Source: Escherichia phage AV110. Taken from it: DNA of 64,000 nt. Every line of letters starts with the position of its first letter. The first letter of the stretch is position 1. Positions 1 to 9,529 of the stretch are shown piece after piece. A model generated the notes under the pieces. It had not been told where the DNA came from, searched no databases, and worked only from the letters and a program-made list of their open reading frames with translations. The stretch is taken from the sequence record OR352940.1. One strand, written 5' to 3'. The translations under genes and the position numbers were made by a program.

Positions 1-825
1 TTTGTCATAACACTCAGAAACTAATTTATCGATGAACCATGAATAATCAGCGGCATATTTTGGAGCTAACGCACGAAGCTGTTTGATATCTTTATTTTTC
101 ATTGCTTCTATGACATCATCTACCGTGCCACGATCATTGGTTACAATCGACAAAATACCTGCATCAAGAACACCTTTAGACGAGTACTGGTCTAATTGAC
201 CAATTGTACGTCGAAAGTCCGGGAAGTTCTTTTTAACCAGAGCTGCAACAACTTTCATATCAGCGATTTCGATATTTTCGTTCTTACAGATTTCAACCAT
301 GCGATGAATCATTTTCTTCATCATTGAGATTTTATCTTCTTCGGTTGGACGTCCGAATTCGATAACTCGACAACGACTACGTAACGGTTCGATAATTCCA
401 TCGATGTTGTTGGCAGTAATAATAATAGAACAGTTACTAGAGAATTCTTCCATGAATGTACGAAGGTGACGTTGTGATTCAGCGAGGCCACTACGGTCAA
501 ATTCATCAATAACAATAACTTTAGGCTTGCCTTCCATTGAGACTGAACGAGCGAATGCAGTTAACGGACCACGCACAAAATCAATCTTACAATCAGAACC
601 GTTGACGAACATCATTTCGGCATTGATATCATTACATAATGCTTTTGCTACGGTTGTTTTACCGGTACCAGGAGATGGAGAGTGTAAAATAATATGAGGA
701 AGTTTTCCTTTAGATACTAAAGACTTGAATGTTTCATGGTCATACGCAGGCAGAATACATTCGTCAATGGAAGAAGGACGATATTTCTGTTCTAGAATGT
801 GTTCTTTGGAATTGATAGTAATCAT
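1..825 (-). CDS. 44: Clamp loader large subunit gp44 (AAA+ ATPase); 3' end runs off the window edge
   Basis: Minus-strand ORF read by hand to the window edge, start codon at 825; Walker A SPSPGTGKTT, Walker B VIVIDEFD, RSRC motif; position upstream of 45 as in T4. Confidence 0.9.
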   Translation of the reverse strand, partial: MITINSKEHILEQKYRPSSIDECILPAYDHETFKSLVSKGKLPHIILHSPSPGTGKTTVAKALCNDINAEMMFVNGSDCKIDFVRGPLTAFARSVSMEGKPKVIVIDEFDRSGLAESQRHLRTFMEEFSSNCSIIITANNIDGIIEPLRSRCRVIEFGRPTEEDKISMMKKMIHRMVEICKNENIEIADMKVVAALVKKNFPDFRRTIGQLDQYSSKGVLDAGILSIVTNDRGTVDDVIEAMKNKDIKQLRALAPKYAADYSWFIDKLVSECYDK

Positions 826-900
826 GTAATTTTCCTCATTATCATTAAACTGGAGGATTTCTCCTCCATAATCGTATCACAATAAACGTAAAGCTTTGAC

Positions 901-1587
901 TTAGAAGTCGTGAGTAGAATCGGCTTCCATCGCAATAACATAACTTACTTGAGAGCTTTCAAACTTAGCTGCAACTTTATCACCAGCTCCCCACAACATT
1001 ACTTTATAGTTACCTGGCTGGATTTTCATATTAGCCATATTGATTACGAAGTTAAAGTTATTAGAACCGTCATAATCAGTAAGAGTCAAAGAATACTTAG
1101 GACGAGTTAGTCCGGAATCTTCAACTTTATTATAGCCATTGATAACAATTTTACCATCTTTATTTGTAATAGCAATTGTATCAATCTGAAGTCCACGTGA
1201 AACTCGAAGCAATTGTTGAAGGTCTTCAGCTTTAATTTCAGTAATCACAGAAGCCACTGGGAATTGAATTGGCTTATTAGGAAAAACAATGGTGCTCTTG
1301 TCGGCAGCAGGCCAATAAACTGTGGAACGTGTATCTGCAATTTTAATATTGCCATCAGTATGCATTGAAATTTCGGCATCGTCAGACACTAGACTCAAAA
1401 TGCTTAAGAAGCTATTCAAATCATAAAGTGCTACGTCAAAATCAATTTCATCAGAGATATTTGCTTCCGCATAAGTGGTGCCATTAACTGCACGAGTCAT
1501 AATAAATTTACCTTGACTCAGCAGAATGCCAGAGTTAATAGAGGCAAAGTTTTTCAGAATAGCGATAGTATCTTTAGACAGTTTCAT
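901..1587 (-). CDS. 45: Sliding clamp gp45
   Basis: ORF track 901..1602; start moved to ATG at 1587 (MKLSKDT, SD AAGGAAA upstream); N- and C-termini (..EADSTHDF) match remembered T4 gp45. Confidence 0.93.
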   Translation of the reverse strand: MKLSKDTIAILKNFASINSGILLSQGKFIMTRAVNGTTYAEANISDEIDFDVALYDLNSFLSILSLVSDDAEISMHTDGNIKIADTRSTVYWPAADKSTIVFPNKPIQFPVASVITEIKAEDLQQLLRVSRGLQIDTIAITNKDGKIVINGYNKVEDSGLTRPKYSLTLTDYDGSNNFNFVINMANMKIQPGNYKVMLWGAGDKVAAKFESSQVSYVIAMEADSTHDF

Positions 1588-1629
1588 TTTATTTCCTTTC
1601 AAGACAATTCAAAGTTTATAACAAATTTA

Positions 1630-2046
1630 TTATGCAGCAACCATCTGCTTTTTAATAGCTTCAGGCAGTGATTCAATATATTCTGGAATTTTAGAAGCAA
1701 CAATTTCGCCAGCTGCAATTAGTTGTTCGTCGGCATCAACACAGTAAAAATCTTCAAGGCGTTCAGAACCGTCTTTATCAAGAACGATTTTAGCACCTGC
1801 TTCGATAGAATCTTTATAGTGCTTACGCATCAAATGAATCCACATATCAGACACATCGTTATCAATAAAACCATAAATCATAAAACGAGTTTCTTGTGGC
1901 AAAGATTGGAGTTTTTTAGCACTTGCGTCATCACAATGCAGGACCCATGCTTTACGAACACGATTATGGTTATGCGGGTTAGCGTCAGTACGGATAGAAG
2001 TAACTTTCAGATCAGCAGCGGTAAAACCTTTAGCAGTAGTAAACAT
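1630..2046 (-). CDS. rpbA: RNA polymerase-binding protein RpbA-like
   Basis: 138-aa ORF at the position of T4 rpbA between 45 and 46; assignment by synteny and size. Confidence 0.6.
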   Translation of the reverse strand: MFTTAKGFTAADLKVTSIRTDANPHNHNRVRKAWVLHCDDASAKKLQSLPQETRFMIYGFIDNDVSDMWIHLMRKHYKDSIEAGAKIVLDKDGSERLEDFYCVDADEQLIAAGEIVASKIPEYIESLPEAIKKQMVAA

Positions 2047-2058
2047 ATTATTTCTCTC

Positions 2059-2259
2059 TTATTCGTAGAAGTCGGTAACTGTCCATGCGGAATTGCGATT
2101 AGACATTATTTTATTATACTCATCTTTAAAAGCAGATTTGAGCATTTGTTCAGTAACAATATGTTCTTCACCTGAAAACGTATTGGTCAAAACATATTTT
2201 TTAATTTCAGGGACAACGAGAAGATGTTGTCCAGTTGAATACTCCATGTTGTTCTCCAT
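2059..2259 (-). CDS. Hypothetical small protein (position of T4 45.2)
   Basis: 66-aa ORF tightly packed between rpbA and 46. Confidence 0.45.
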   Translation of the reverse strand: MENNMEYSTGQHLLVVPEIKKYVLTNTFSGEEHIVTEQMLKSAFKDEYNKIMSNRNSAWTVTDFYE

Positions 2260-2301
2260 TTAATTTGATGTGGTCATTATAACCACATCGTGTTAAAGCG
2301 T

Positions 2302-3990
2302 TTATGAAACAGTCATTACAGTAAATCGTCCAACTTTGCTCATTTGCAAATGTTGTCCATAACGTTGAGGGTCATGGTCCCTATGAGAAATAATGAACAC
2401 GTTAGTATTTTGTAAACTTCCAAGAATGGTATCTATAGCCTTAACAGCTTCAGAATCAACTGCCCCATCAAAAACCTCATCAAGAATCAGAGTGTTGATT
2501 TTAACACCAGAGACCTTTTCAGCAATATCTCGCCATGTAAACAACAACGCGATATCAATGCGTGCTTTTTCACCTTGACTAAATGAAGCATAACTAAAAT
2601 CTTCACGACCACGTGATTTTATAGATTCATTGAATTCTTCATCAATAGAAAACACGTAATCAGCTTCCATAATTTTAAGATAATGGTTAATCTGCTTGTT
2701 GAACAGAGGCACATATTTTTTAATGATAGCACCTTTAATACCAGAATCTTTTAACATATCTGTGATAATACCACGATGGTATTTTTCAAGAACGATATCC
2801 GATTTTGTTTTAATGATTTTATCAAGTTCTTTTTGAAGCAAAGCTATCTCATCGGCATGGTCGATAAATTCTGCTGAGGCTTGCTCTATTGCAGCTTTAA
2901 CTTTCTTAGCTTTATCAATAGTGGCAATCATTGCTTGTTTCTTGGTACGAATATCAGATGCAAGGTCCTGTTTAGTCTTAACATTAGCTCTATATTCGTC
3001 CACTAGGACACTCAGATTATCTCTGTGACATGTAAGTTGCTCGAATGAGTGATTACATTCATGAAGCTTATCGGTAATCTTAGAGACAATAGGATCACCC
3101 TGGTGCAACTGTGATGCGCAAGTAGGACATGTACCGCCGTCATGATACATCTTAATAACTTTGTTGTATGAGTCAATTTTAGATTTAATCAAGAATGCTT
3201 CTTGTCCTATCTTGTTGAATGCCTCAGTAGGGTCTTCATCAAGAACGATATTAAGTAGTCGCTCATTAGCTTCTTCGATTTCTGCTTTTAATGAACGAGC
3301 TTCTTTGGCTAGGTCGTCATACATATTCTGTAGACGCGCTACATTATCACCAGATAATTTCTTTTGACGTTCGATATTCTCGTTATAAATCTTAATTTGT
3401 TGGATAACACCATCTTTCTTGGCATCGAGAACTTGTCCCTGAGAATTAAGTTCGCGAACTTGAGACTTATTGATTTTATCCATTTCAGCGAGTGTGCCGA
3501 CTTCTAAAAGGTCTTCGACAAGTTTTCTACGAGCAGGGGTGCTAAGAGCCATGAAAGGGGTATACCCTGCCGTCCCAAGCACAACGATCTGTTTAAAAGA
3601 CGCGTATGACATTCCGATGCTACGTTCAAATTCTTCTTGGAAGTCACGACTGCTGGCAGATTCATCGAGACGAACACCGTCAACGGAGATTTCGAAAATA
3701 TTGGGCTTTTGGCCACGTTTAATGAAGTATTTTTTATCATCGAATTCCATCCAAAGCTCAACTAAGAGCTCTTTCTTGTTCGTGCTATTAATGATTTGTC
3801 CTTTCTTAACATCACGAAATGGTTTACCGAAAAGTCCGAAAGTAATGGCTTCTAACATCGTAGATTTACCACCGCCATTTTTACCGGTGATTAAGGTCTT
3901 TTGGACTTTATCTAATTGGATATCGATAGGATTCCCACCTACCGACATGATGTTTTGATAACGAACACGATTTAATTTAAATGATTTCAT
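2302..3990 (-). CDS. 46: Recombination endonuclease ATPase subunit gp46 (Rad50/SbcC-like)
   Basis: 562-aa ORF; N-terminal Walker A GKNGGGKST, long coiled-coil middle, C-terminal Walker B LILDEVFDG; synteny with 47. Confidence 0.92.
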   Translation of the reverse strand: MKSFKLNRVRYQNIMSVGGNPIDIQLDKVQKTLITGKNGGGKSTMLEAITFGLFGKPFRDVKKGQIINSTNKKELLVELWMEFDDKKYFIKRGQKPNIFEISVDGVRLDESASSRDFQEEFERSIGMSYASFKQIVVLGTAGYTPFMALSTPARRKLVEDLLEVGTLAEMDKINKSQVRELNSQGQVLDAKKDGVIQQIKIYNENIERQKKLSGDNVARLQNMYDDLAKEARSLKAEIEEANERLLNIVLDEDPTEAFNKIGQEAFLIKSKIDSYNKVIKMYHDGGTCPTCASQLHQGDPIVSKITDKLHECNHSFEQLTCHRDNLSVLVDEYRANVKTKQDLASDIRTKKQAMIATIDKAKKVKAAIEQASAEFIDHADEIALLQKELDKIIKTKSDIVLEKYHRGIITDMLKDSGIKGAIIKKYVPLFNKQINHYLKIMEADYVFSIDEEFNESIKSRGREDFSYASFSQGEKARIDIALLFTWRDIAEKVSGVKINTLILDEVFDGAVDSEAVKAIDTILGSLQNTNVFIISHRDHDPQRYGQHLQMSKVGRFTVMTVS

Positions 3991-4241
3991 ATGTATTCTC
4001 TTCGAATGAAGTCCTCTACATATTTTAACATGTCATCTCTATCAGCAAAATATTCATCTAGTTCTGCATACATAACAACACCTGGTGCATACTCACAGGT
4101 AACATACATTGTTCCAAAGAAACGAGGAGTTGATTCCTCGTAATTCTCAGTCCATTCAACGATACCAATATAACCGTCACCAATACTAAATTCATGACGA
4201 TGGATTTCATAATCAGTCTTCGTCATTATACGCATCCTCAA
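3987..4241 (-). CDS. Hypothetical protein (46.1 position)
   Basis: 84-aa ORF; stop overlaps gp46 start. Confidence 0.5.
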   Translation of the reverse strand: MRMRIMTKTDYEIHRHEFSIGDGYIGIVEWTENYEESTPRFFGTMYVTCEYAPGVVMYAELDEYFADRDDMLKYVEDFIRREYI

Positions 4242-4470
4242 TACACGCTTCAGCCATTTTAAGAATAGAGCCGGGAGTATCGTTGTCCATTATATTAAAG
4301 CTAAATTCAATAGCCCAGTCGGTGCAGACATGAACTGCTTTAACTTCATTGCCTTCAACGCGTAATGGCTCAATCCAATACTTGATGGTGTTCTCGAATC
4401 CATCATCGTCTTTAACGTCTATTTCAACTTCAAGCCCGAGCCCAGCATTGTTAAATTCATCTAAAGTCAT
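4213..4470 (-). CDS. Hypothetical acidic protein (46.2 position)
   Basis: 85-aa ORF coupled to gp47 stop. Confidence 0.5.
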   Translation of the reverse strand: MTLDEFNNAGLGLEVEIDVKDDDGFENTIKYWIEPLRVEGNEVKAVHVCTDWAIEFSFNIMDNDTPGSILKMAEACIEDAYNDED

Positions 4471-5486
4471 TGTGTTGCCTCAATATAAAGTTCGTTGGAA
4501 TATTTGACCAGCGCTTCTCTGTCTTCGTCTGAGATATCTGGAATCGCGTCAATATATTCTTTAATGATATCTTGAAGTGATTTAATCTCAATTTCCTGGT
4601 CATCATCAGATTCAACACTGTTATCAAATTTAGAAACCATACGAAGAGAGTGAACTACTTTTTCAAGTTCAGATTCAAACTTAGTCAACTCTGAATCAAT
4701 TTCTGATACTATAACACGTACGGCTAGATTAGTATAATCAGAATAATTAATTTTGCCTTTAAACGGATAAGTGATTCGTCGATGCCATGTTGTTTCATTA
4801 GGAATAAATTCCATACGTTCAACATCAGTGTCAAATACCCAGAATCCGCGTGGGTCGTTCTCATCGCCTGCAGTAAGGGTCCATGGTGTCCCAATATATT
4901 TGACGTTAGCAGCTTCAGAGATTGTGTGGAAGTGGCCGGACCAGACTTGTTTATAGGTCTTTAAGAAATCAGGTTCAAGCCCATGAGACTTCATTCCTTT
5001 ATAGAAATAAAAGCCATTTAATTCCCAGTGCCCAACACAATACGCGGCGGAAGAAGTCTTGATGTGCTCTAAGATTTCACCTGTATTTTCTTCACACATC
5101 CATGGAACGATATCAATCAGACATCCGTCAAAATCTACAGTAGTCGGATGCTCGTAAATAGTAAAGTTTTCAAATTGAGTTAACAATTCAGAAACAGTGT
5201 TAGGTGTTATTGTATTCTTAAACGCCATGTCATGGTTTCCTATCGTGACATGAACGTGAATGCCTGCTTTAGAAATCATATCAACGATTTCACGATTGAA
5301 TTCCATTGTACGATGTGTTATTGCTTTACGGACGTCAAACCAATCACCGTACTGAATCCAAGTTTTAATCCCGTGTTTCTTAGAGTATTCAATTGCTTGT
5401 TGAATACCATCACGTTGAATATCTTGAACCCATGGGTCGTCTTGTTTGACTCCGATATGGAAGTCGCCTAAGTGCAAAATTTTCAT
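4467..5486 (-). CDS. 47: Recombination nuclease subunit gp47 (Mre11/SbcD-like phosphoesterase)
   Basis: 339-aa ORF; calcineurin-like motifs LHLGDFHIG, GDWFD, GNHD, GHWE, GHFH. Confidence 0.92.
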   Translation of the reverse strand: MKILHLGDFHIGVKQDDPWVQDIQRDGIQQAIEYSKKHGIKTWIQYGDWFDVRKAITHRTMEFNREIVDMISKAGIHVHVTIGNHDMAFKNTITPNTVSELLTQFENFTIYEHPTTVDFDGCLIDIVPWMCEENTGEILEHIKTSSAAYCVGHWELNGFYFYKGMKSHGLEPDFLKTYKQVWSGHFHTISEAANVKYIGTPWTLTAGDENDPRGFWVFDTDVERMEFIPNETTWHRRITYPFKGKINYSDYTNLAVRVIVSEIDSELTKFESELEKVVHSLRMVSKFDNSVESDDDQEIEIKSLQDIIKEYIDAIPDISDEDREALVKYSNELYIEATQ

Positions 5487-5538
5487 ATTATTTCCTCATT
5501 AGTTAATTCATTTTATCATCCGTTTATAAAGCAAAAAA

Positions 5539-5556
5539 GGAACTCCGAAGAGTTCC
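5539..5556 (-). terminator. Stem-loop GGAACTC-TTCG-GAGTTCC followed by a T-run on the minus strand
   Basis: Perfect 6-7 bp stem with tetraloop, then TTTTTTGC on the transcribed strand; lies between a small ORF and the gene 47 start. Confidence 0.5.
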
Positions 5557-5729
5557 TATCCACATAGTACACCGTACAGAGGCTCATTTGAACTTTTAAA
5601 TCGAATGGGCTTGTACGTAATAGTTCCTTCGGCAGAAGCTTTATCATAAGACTCTTTAAAACGTCTCATTCTTTCTGCTTTGCCTTTACGGATTTTATCG
5701 AAATTTTCAGAAGTCGGGATGTTCGTCAT
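5556..5729 (-). CDS. Hypothetical small basic protein (57 aa)
   Basis: Hand-translated ORF MTNIPTSENFDKIRKGKAER.., below the ORF-track size cutoff. Confidence 0.35.
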   Translation of the reverse strand: MTNIPTSENFDKIRKGKAERMRRFKESYDKASAEGTITYKPIRFKSSNEPLYGVLCG

Positions 5730-5768
5730 GCATAATCACCTCTCAGAAAATACCTAAACCGATTTCTC

Positions 5769-5990
5769 TCATCGTTTCCACCATTTCTTAACTTGAAATG
5801 AATCGACCCACACGAGTTGTTTTGGGTCTGCCTTTACAATAGGCGGACAAATTTCTGTAATAGAACCGTCGTGATATTCCTTTTCAGAAATTTTAACACA
5901 AAGAGGACCTCCCAATTTAAGGGTGAACCCTGCGTTCAGCTTCAGATGTTTAAACTTTGTTTGAACTAGCGCCATTAATGATGTCCTCAA
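5769..5990 (-). CDS. Hypothetical protein
   Basis: 73-aa ORF. Confidence 0.4.
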   Translation of the reverse strand: MRTSLMALVQTKFKHLKLNAGFTLKLGGPLCVKISEKEYHDGSITEICPPIVKADPKQLVWVDSFQVKKWWKR

Positions 5991-6273
5991 TAGCCTGACG
6001 AGTAGTAACCCACTGGATTTTAATTAACTTGTCATTGTATGGTTGTCGTAGAATATCCCGAGATTTCTTAATAGCATATTCGTAAGCTTCGAAGTTGTTT
6101 TGAATTGCTGCTTCTTGAGCATGTGCATAAAGACGGTTTAGTTCAAAACGATTCTTTTTAAGAATCTTTTCGGATTTTTTACGTGCTTCAGCTTCATTTT
6201 TCTTTTGGATTTCTTGTAGCATTTTAGCTACTGCATCTTCTGCTTCTTTATTTTCAATAATCTCGGTAGTCAT
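5950..6273 (-). CDS. Hypothetical protein, predicted helical
   Basis: 107-aa ORF. Confidence 0.5.
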   Translation of the reverse strand: MTTEIIENKEAEDAVAKMLQEIQKKNEAEARKKSEKILKKNRFELNRLYAHAQEAAIQNNFEAYEYAIKKSRDILRQPYNDKLIKIQWVTTRQAIEDIINGASSNKV

Positions 6274-6274
6274 A

Positions 6275-6490
6275 TTATCTCATTAAATTAAAATAAAAAC
6301 GTCCGTCCTCTTCAATACAGAACTCGTACTCAACTGGAGTTCCATTTATCGAAAATGACACGTCATGTGGGTTCAAAGGGTCGATGTCAAAATTAATTTT
6401 AAATTCTCGACCCAACAGTTTTACCAAATAAGGGATTGCTTCGTCAAAAGGTTCTTCTAAGTAGTTAGAGATGTCAATTGTCATCCTCAT
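6275..6490 (-). CDS. Hypothetical protein
   Basis: ORF track 6275..6568, trimmed to an internal Met to avoid deep overlap with gene 55. Confidence 0.4.
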   Translation of the reverse strand: MRMTIDISNYLEEPFDEAIPYLVKLLGREFKINFDIDPLNPHDVSFSINGTPVEYEFCIEEDGRFYFNLMR

Positions 6491-7049
6491 ATAAAAAATC
6501 CAAACTAGGCGAATCGCTAACAACTTCCTTCTTTTCAGCCCCAGGAGCTTTATAAGCGGATTCTTCATAATGCGTCATTTTATCGTAGATGTCTTGAATA
6601 AACGTTTCATCTACCAACGCTACCATATCATCGTCATGACTGTCGTAGACATTATGAACGAAGTAACTATATTTCTTTGCAACTTCCTTACGTTCTTTTT
6701 TGATACGTTGGACAAAAGCATTAAAACAAGCTCGAGTTATGTATGCATGTGGGTTATTGTACTTAGTTTCGTCGAAATTATGAAGTCCCTTAATAGAGGC
6801 TTCAATCCCATCTGCAATCATCTCCTGCTTCCAAGACTGGGTATATCCTGAAAAGTTGAAACGTTTGGACAGGCCTTCGGCGATAAGCATAATTGCTAAA
6901 CCGATAGTATCATTCTGACGAATAATTTTGTTTGGGTCTTTATTATTTAAGAGCTCCTTTTTCCACTCGATTATAGCGGCGAGAAGCTCTTTATTATTCA
7001 CATAGTTATTTTTAGGTTTTTGTTCAGTCATAAGTACCTCTTGGCTCAA
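6474..7049 (-). CDS. 55: Late-transcription sigma factor gp55
   Basis: 191-aa ORF; long near-identical stretches to remembered T4 gp55 ([39 protein letters not shown]..). Confidence 0.92.
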   Translation of the reverse strand: MSQEVLMTEQKPKNNYVNNKELLAAIIEWKKELLNNKDPNKIIRQNDTIGLAIMLIAEGLSKRFNFSGYTQSWKQEMIADGIEASIKGLHNFDETKYNNPHAYITRACFNAFVQRIKKERKEVAKKYSYFVHNVYDSHDDDMVALVDETFIQDIYDKMTHYEESAYKAPGAEKKEVVSDSPSLDFLYEDDN

Positions 7050-7103
7050 TTCATAGGTCTATTATATCATAATATTTAGAGACCTATCTTAAAGCACGAG
7101 ATA

Positions 7104-7373
7104 CTATCGGAGCAAACAATAAGCCTGAAACACTTTTTCCATTAAACGTTTGAACTCATGGATATCGATATAAAGCTCAGTAAGACCGGCATTATAAAGA
7201 AAATCTAAAAAGTTCTCATGTGTTTCGTTATAGTCGCCTTCGTTTAATTGAGATACATGAGTTTCCCAAAAACCAACACCTTTAACGAATGGAAAATACG
7301 TGACTTTCATGTATTCGTCAACATAAAATTCGCCAAGCTTTTCTTCAGTTATACTGATTCGAGTTAATTTCAT
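7104..7373 (-). CDS. Hypothetical protein
   Basis: 89-aa ORF. Confidence 0.5.
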   Translation of the reverse strand: MKLTRISITEEKLGEFYVDEYMKVTYFPFVKGVGFWETHVSQLNEGDYNETHENFLDFLYNAGLTELYIDIHEFKRLMEKVFQAYCLLR

Positions 7374-7597
7374 TCTAGTTCCTTTGCTGCTTCAAGAGCA
7401 GCATCCAGCGAGTCAAATTGGTCAACGAAATCAATATTCAACGCATCGTCAACCGTAGCATATAACCACCATTGTTTGAATTCGTATTCTAGAATAAATC
7501 CAGGACCTTCAATCTGAGGAAGACCTAGGCTATTTGTACCAACTTCGTAACCAGCTAGATGCAGGTCATTAATCAAAATTTCTGTTAATACGCTCAT
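7370..7597 (-). CDS. Hypothetical acidic protein
   Basis: 75-aa ORF, start/stop coupled to neighbours. Confidence 0.5.
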   Translation of the reverse strand: MSVLTEILINDLHLAGYEVGTNSLGLPQIEGPGFILEYEFKQWWLYATVDDALNIDFVDQFDSLDAALEAAKELE

Positions 7598-7926
7598 TTT
7601 ACCGCCTTAACAATTTTCAAGTCAGCGAATTTTTTCTTACGTTGATTTTTCATACGACGGATAGTTTTTTCAGAGATTTCATGTTTCTGATAAGCTTTAG
7701 ATTCAACACCAAATGCAGCAACGTCAAATTCAGAAAGAATATATTGTACTAGAATTTCGCGAATAGAATTACGTCCAATTTTCTGGTCGTGTTTTTGCAT
7801 GATTTCATAAAGACGGAATTCCCACGCGTCAAGAACTTGAGGAGTAACAATATTGCCGGATTCCAGAAGAGCAACAACTTTATCGAAAGCGAAAGAATTA
7901 ACTACGTTTTTGATTTTAGTAGACAT
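7594..7926 (-). CDS. Hypothetical protein
   Basis: ORF track 7594..7974 trimmed to MSTKIKN at 7926 (SD GAGGAAA upstream); the longer form would read through the promoter stem-loop. Confidence 0.5.
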   Translation of the reverse strand: MSTKIKNVVNSFAFDKVVALLESGNIVTPQVLDAWEFRLYEIMQKHDQKIGRNSIREILVQYILSEFDVAAFGVESKAYQKHEISEKTIRRMKNQRKKKFADLKIVKAVK

Positions 7927-7956
7927 ATTATTTTCCTCGGTTATTTTATTATCCAA

Positions 7957-7993
7957 CGAGAGAATTATACTCATCTCTCAAGAGTTTGTATAC
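7957..7993 (-). promoter_or_regulatory. Early sigma70-type promoter inside an inverted repeat (PeSL-type), arms GAGAGA/TCTCTC around TATAAT
   Basis: Minus-strand reading ..GTATACaaactcttgagagatgagTATAATtctctcgttgg..; near-identical copy at 37255-37320. Confidence 0.6.
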
Positions 7994-8232
7994 TATTTTT
8001 TAAGCATGAAAAGTAAGTAATTTGTATCACGTGGAGTAATATCAACACCCATATCAAAGATGCCTTTATAGATTGGGTATTTGTTTTCGGTTGTATCGAA
8101 GCTGAAACTATTTCCATCACAACTAACAGTAATAGCATCTGTTAAAATGTCATACTCAATCCTAACAATTGAATCCCCAATTTTAACGTCTAGGTGTTTT
8201 TTGAATTTGATAAAATCTAATTCTTGGGCCAT
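7993..8232 (-). CDS. Hypothetical protein
   Basis: 79-aa ORF with SD GAGGAAA. Confidence 0.5.
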   Translation of the reverse strand: MAQELDFIKFKKHLDVKIGDSIVRIEYDILTDAITVSCDGNSFSFDTTENKYPIYKGIFDMGVDITPRDTNYLLFMLKK

Positions 8233-8254
8233 GATATTTTCCTCATTTTAAGAC

Positions 8255-8293
8255 GATAGGAAGATAATAACATGTCTTCCTATCGTTGTACAT
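8255..8293 (-). promoter_or_regulatory. PeSL-type early promoter: 10-bp perfect inverted repeat GATAGGAAGA/TCTTCCTATC with -10 TATTAT in the loop
   Basis: Minus-strand reading aTGTACAacGATAGGAAGAcatgtTATTATCTTCCTATC, 17-bp spacing. Confidence 0.6.
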
Positions 8294-8295
8294 TA

Positions 8296-8508
8296 TTAAC
8301 CGAACTTTTTAGCGCCTTTCCAGCCTTCGTACATAACTGCGCAAGTCAGTAGTACAGCGTGCTGGCATTCTTTGTATTTGTAAATCCAGAACCAGCGTAA
8401 GAAGTCTTCGTCCTCAACACCGTTGAGTTTCATATTGGCAAAGAATTCGGCCCGTTCTTCACGAAGCTTTTGCGATAACATAGATTCAGGATTCATTTTG
8501 TGTTCCAC
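8296..8508 (-). CDS. Hypothetical protein
   Basis: 70-aa ORF. Confidence 0.45.
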   Translation of the reverse strand: MEHKMNPESMLSQKLREERAEFFANMKLNGVEDEDFLRWFWIYKYKECQHAVLLTCAVMYEGWKGAKKFG

Positions 8509-8634
8509 ACCCCATTTTCATCGATGAACTTAATCCAGTCATTTACAGACCATTTAGTTGTATCACCCTTTGGATTAACATTTAAAGTATATAATCCCTG
8601 CTTAAAAAGCATTCGTTTGATATTCATAATTTCC

Positions 8635-8928
8635 TCAACTGTAACGATAACATTCGTTAGCTTTACGTTTGGCTTCAGTATGAGAAGTATTATAATCATA
8701 ATCTTCTTTACTGTAAACATCTTTTTTCAACTTACGAACTTCTTTGCGGAGTTGTCGATTCATTTCATTCTTGACTTCAGAATCAACGCCTTTCATACGT
8801 TTCCATTTATCTGAGCGGAAAATGTTTTCAACCATGACTTTGTGGCTAACACCGTCAGGAGCTTTACGCTTACCAAAATAGTCGTAATCGCGAACTTTCA
8901 AATCTTTACGACGATATGTTTTACCCAT
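8635..8928 (-). CDS. Hypothetical highly basic protein
   Basis: ORF track 8635..8955 trimmed to MGKTYRR at 8928; Lys/Arg-rich. Confidence 0.4.
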   Translation of the reverse strand: MGKTYRRKDLKVRDYDYFGKRKAPDGVSHKVMVENIFRSDKWKRMKGVDSEVKNEMNRQLRKEVRKLKKDVYSKEDYDYNTSHTEAKRKANECYRYS

Positions 8929-8935
8929 AAGTACC

Positions 8936-9184
8936 TCAGAGGTTGATTGATACAATGCGTTTGATAAAATTCACTTCACTTACTGAAAGGTCTTTAAGAC
9001 CGATTGATTCTAAACGCTGAGTAAGCGTCAACATTGGGATATAATCCCAATGAGTTTTATTTGCTTGATAAGTACGAACGCCATTAGCAATTTCAACATA
9101 CAAATCGGAAATGGTAACGAATACCGGTCGCTCGTTATTTACATTAAGAGATAGAACAACTTTCTTTGAATCTAAACTAATCAT
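8936..9184 (-). CDS. Hypothetical protein
   Basis: 82-aa ORF. Confidence 0.5.
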   Translation of the reverse strand: MISLDSKKVVLSLNVNNERPVFVTISDLYVEIANGVRTYQANKTHWDYIPMLTLTQRLESIGLKDLSVSEVNFIKRIVSINL

Positions 9185-9363
9185 GGCTTAATTTCCTTCG
9201 CAATTGAACAGAAGATACCACGGTCACAAAGCATTTCACCAATTTCTGGATATTTGATTGAACGGTACCAAACATCCAGGTTTGAAACTTTGGTTATCTG
9301 TACTGCATTACCGTTGACAGAATAGTACTGGTCAACCTTAATTTCTTTATCTTCAATTGTCAT
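9181..9363 (-). CDS. Hypothetical small protein
   Basis: ORF track 9181..9525 trimmed to MTIEDKEIKV at 9363; the upstream part of the long ORF crosses a promoter and terminator. Confidence 0.4.
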   Translation of the reverse strand: MTIEDKEIKVDQYYSVNGNAVQITKVSNLDVWYRSIKYPEIGEMLCDRGIFCSIAKEIKP

Positions 9364-9514
9364 TTTATTTTCCTCTATAGTAGATGGTTTAATCTTAACA
9401 CATTTATTGAGGATGTAAACTGTTTTATGAAAATATTTTTTGATTTGAGAGGGGCACAAGGAGATAGTGAAGTGAAGATTCCAATGGATTATATTAGAAA
9501 TGAGATAAAGAAGA

Positions 9515-9529
9515 CCAGGCGGCACCTGG
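9515..9529 (-). terminator. Hairpin CCAGG-cggca-CCTGG directly after the nrdH-like stop
   Basis: 5-bp GC stem followed by a T-rich tract (TCTTCTTTATCT) on the minus strand. Confidence 0.4.

Noticed and set aside
910-4964. Plus-strand ORFs of 60-160 aa lying inside gp45, rpbA, gp46 and gp47 (910-1110, 1723-2175, 2393-2578, 3161-3367, 3470-3958, 4771-4964)
   Set aside because: They are antisense to well-supported conserved genes, have no ribosome-binding sites and low-complexity translations; treated as chance ORFs. The same reasoning applies to the other opposite-strand ORFs in the track that sit inside conserved genes.
9181-9525. Long form of the ORF at 9181-9525 (114 aa)
   Set aside because: Its 5' half reads through a promoter and a terminator hairpin; the start was moved to the internal Met at 9363.
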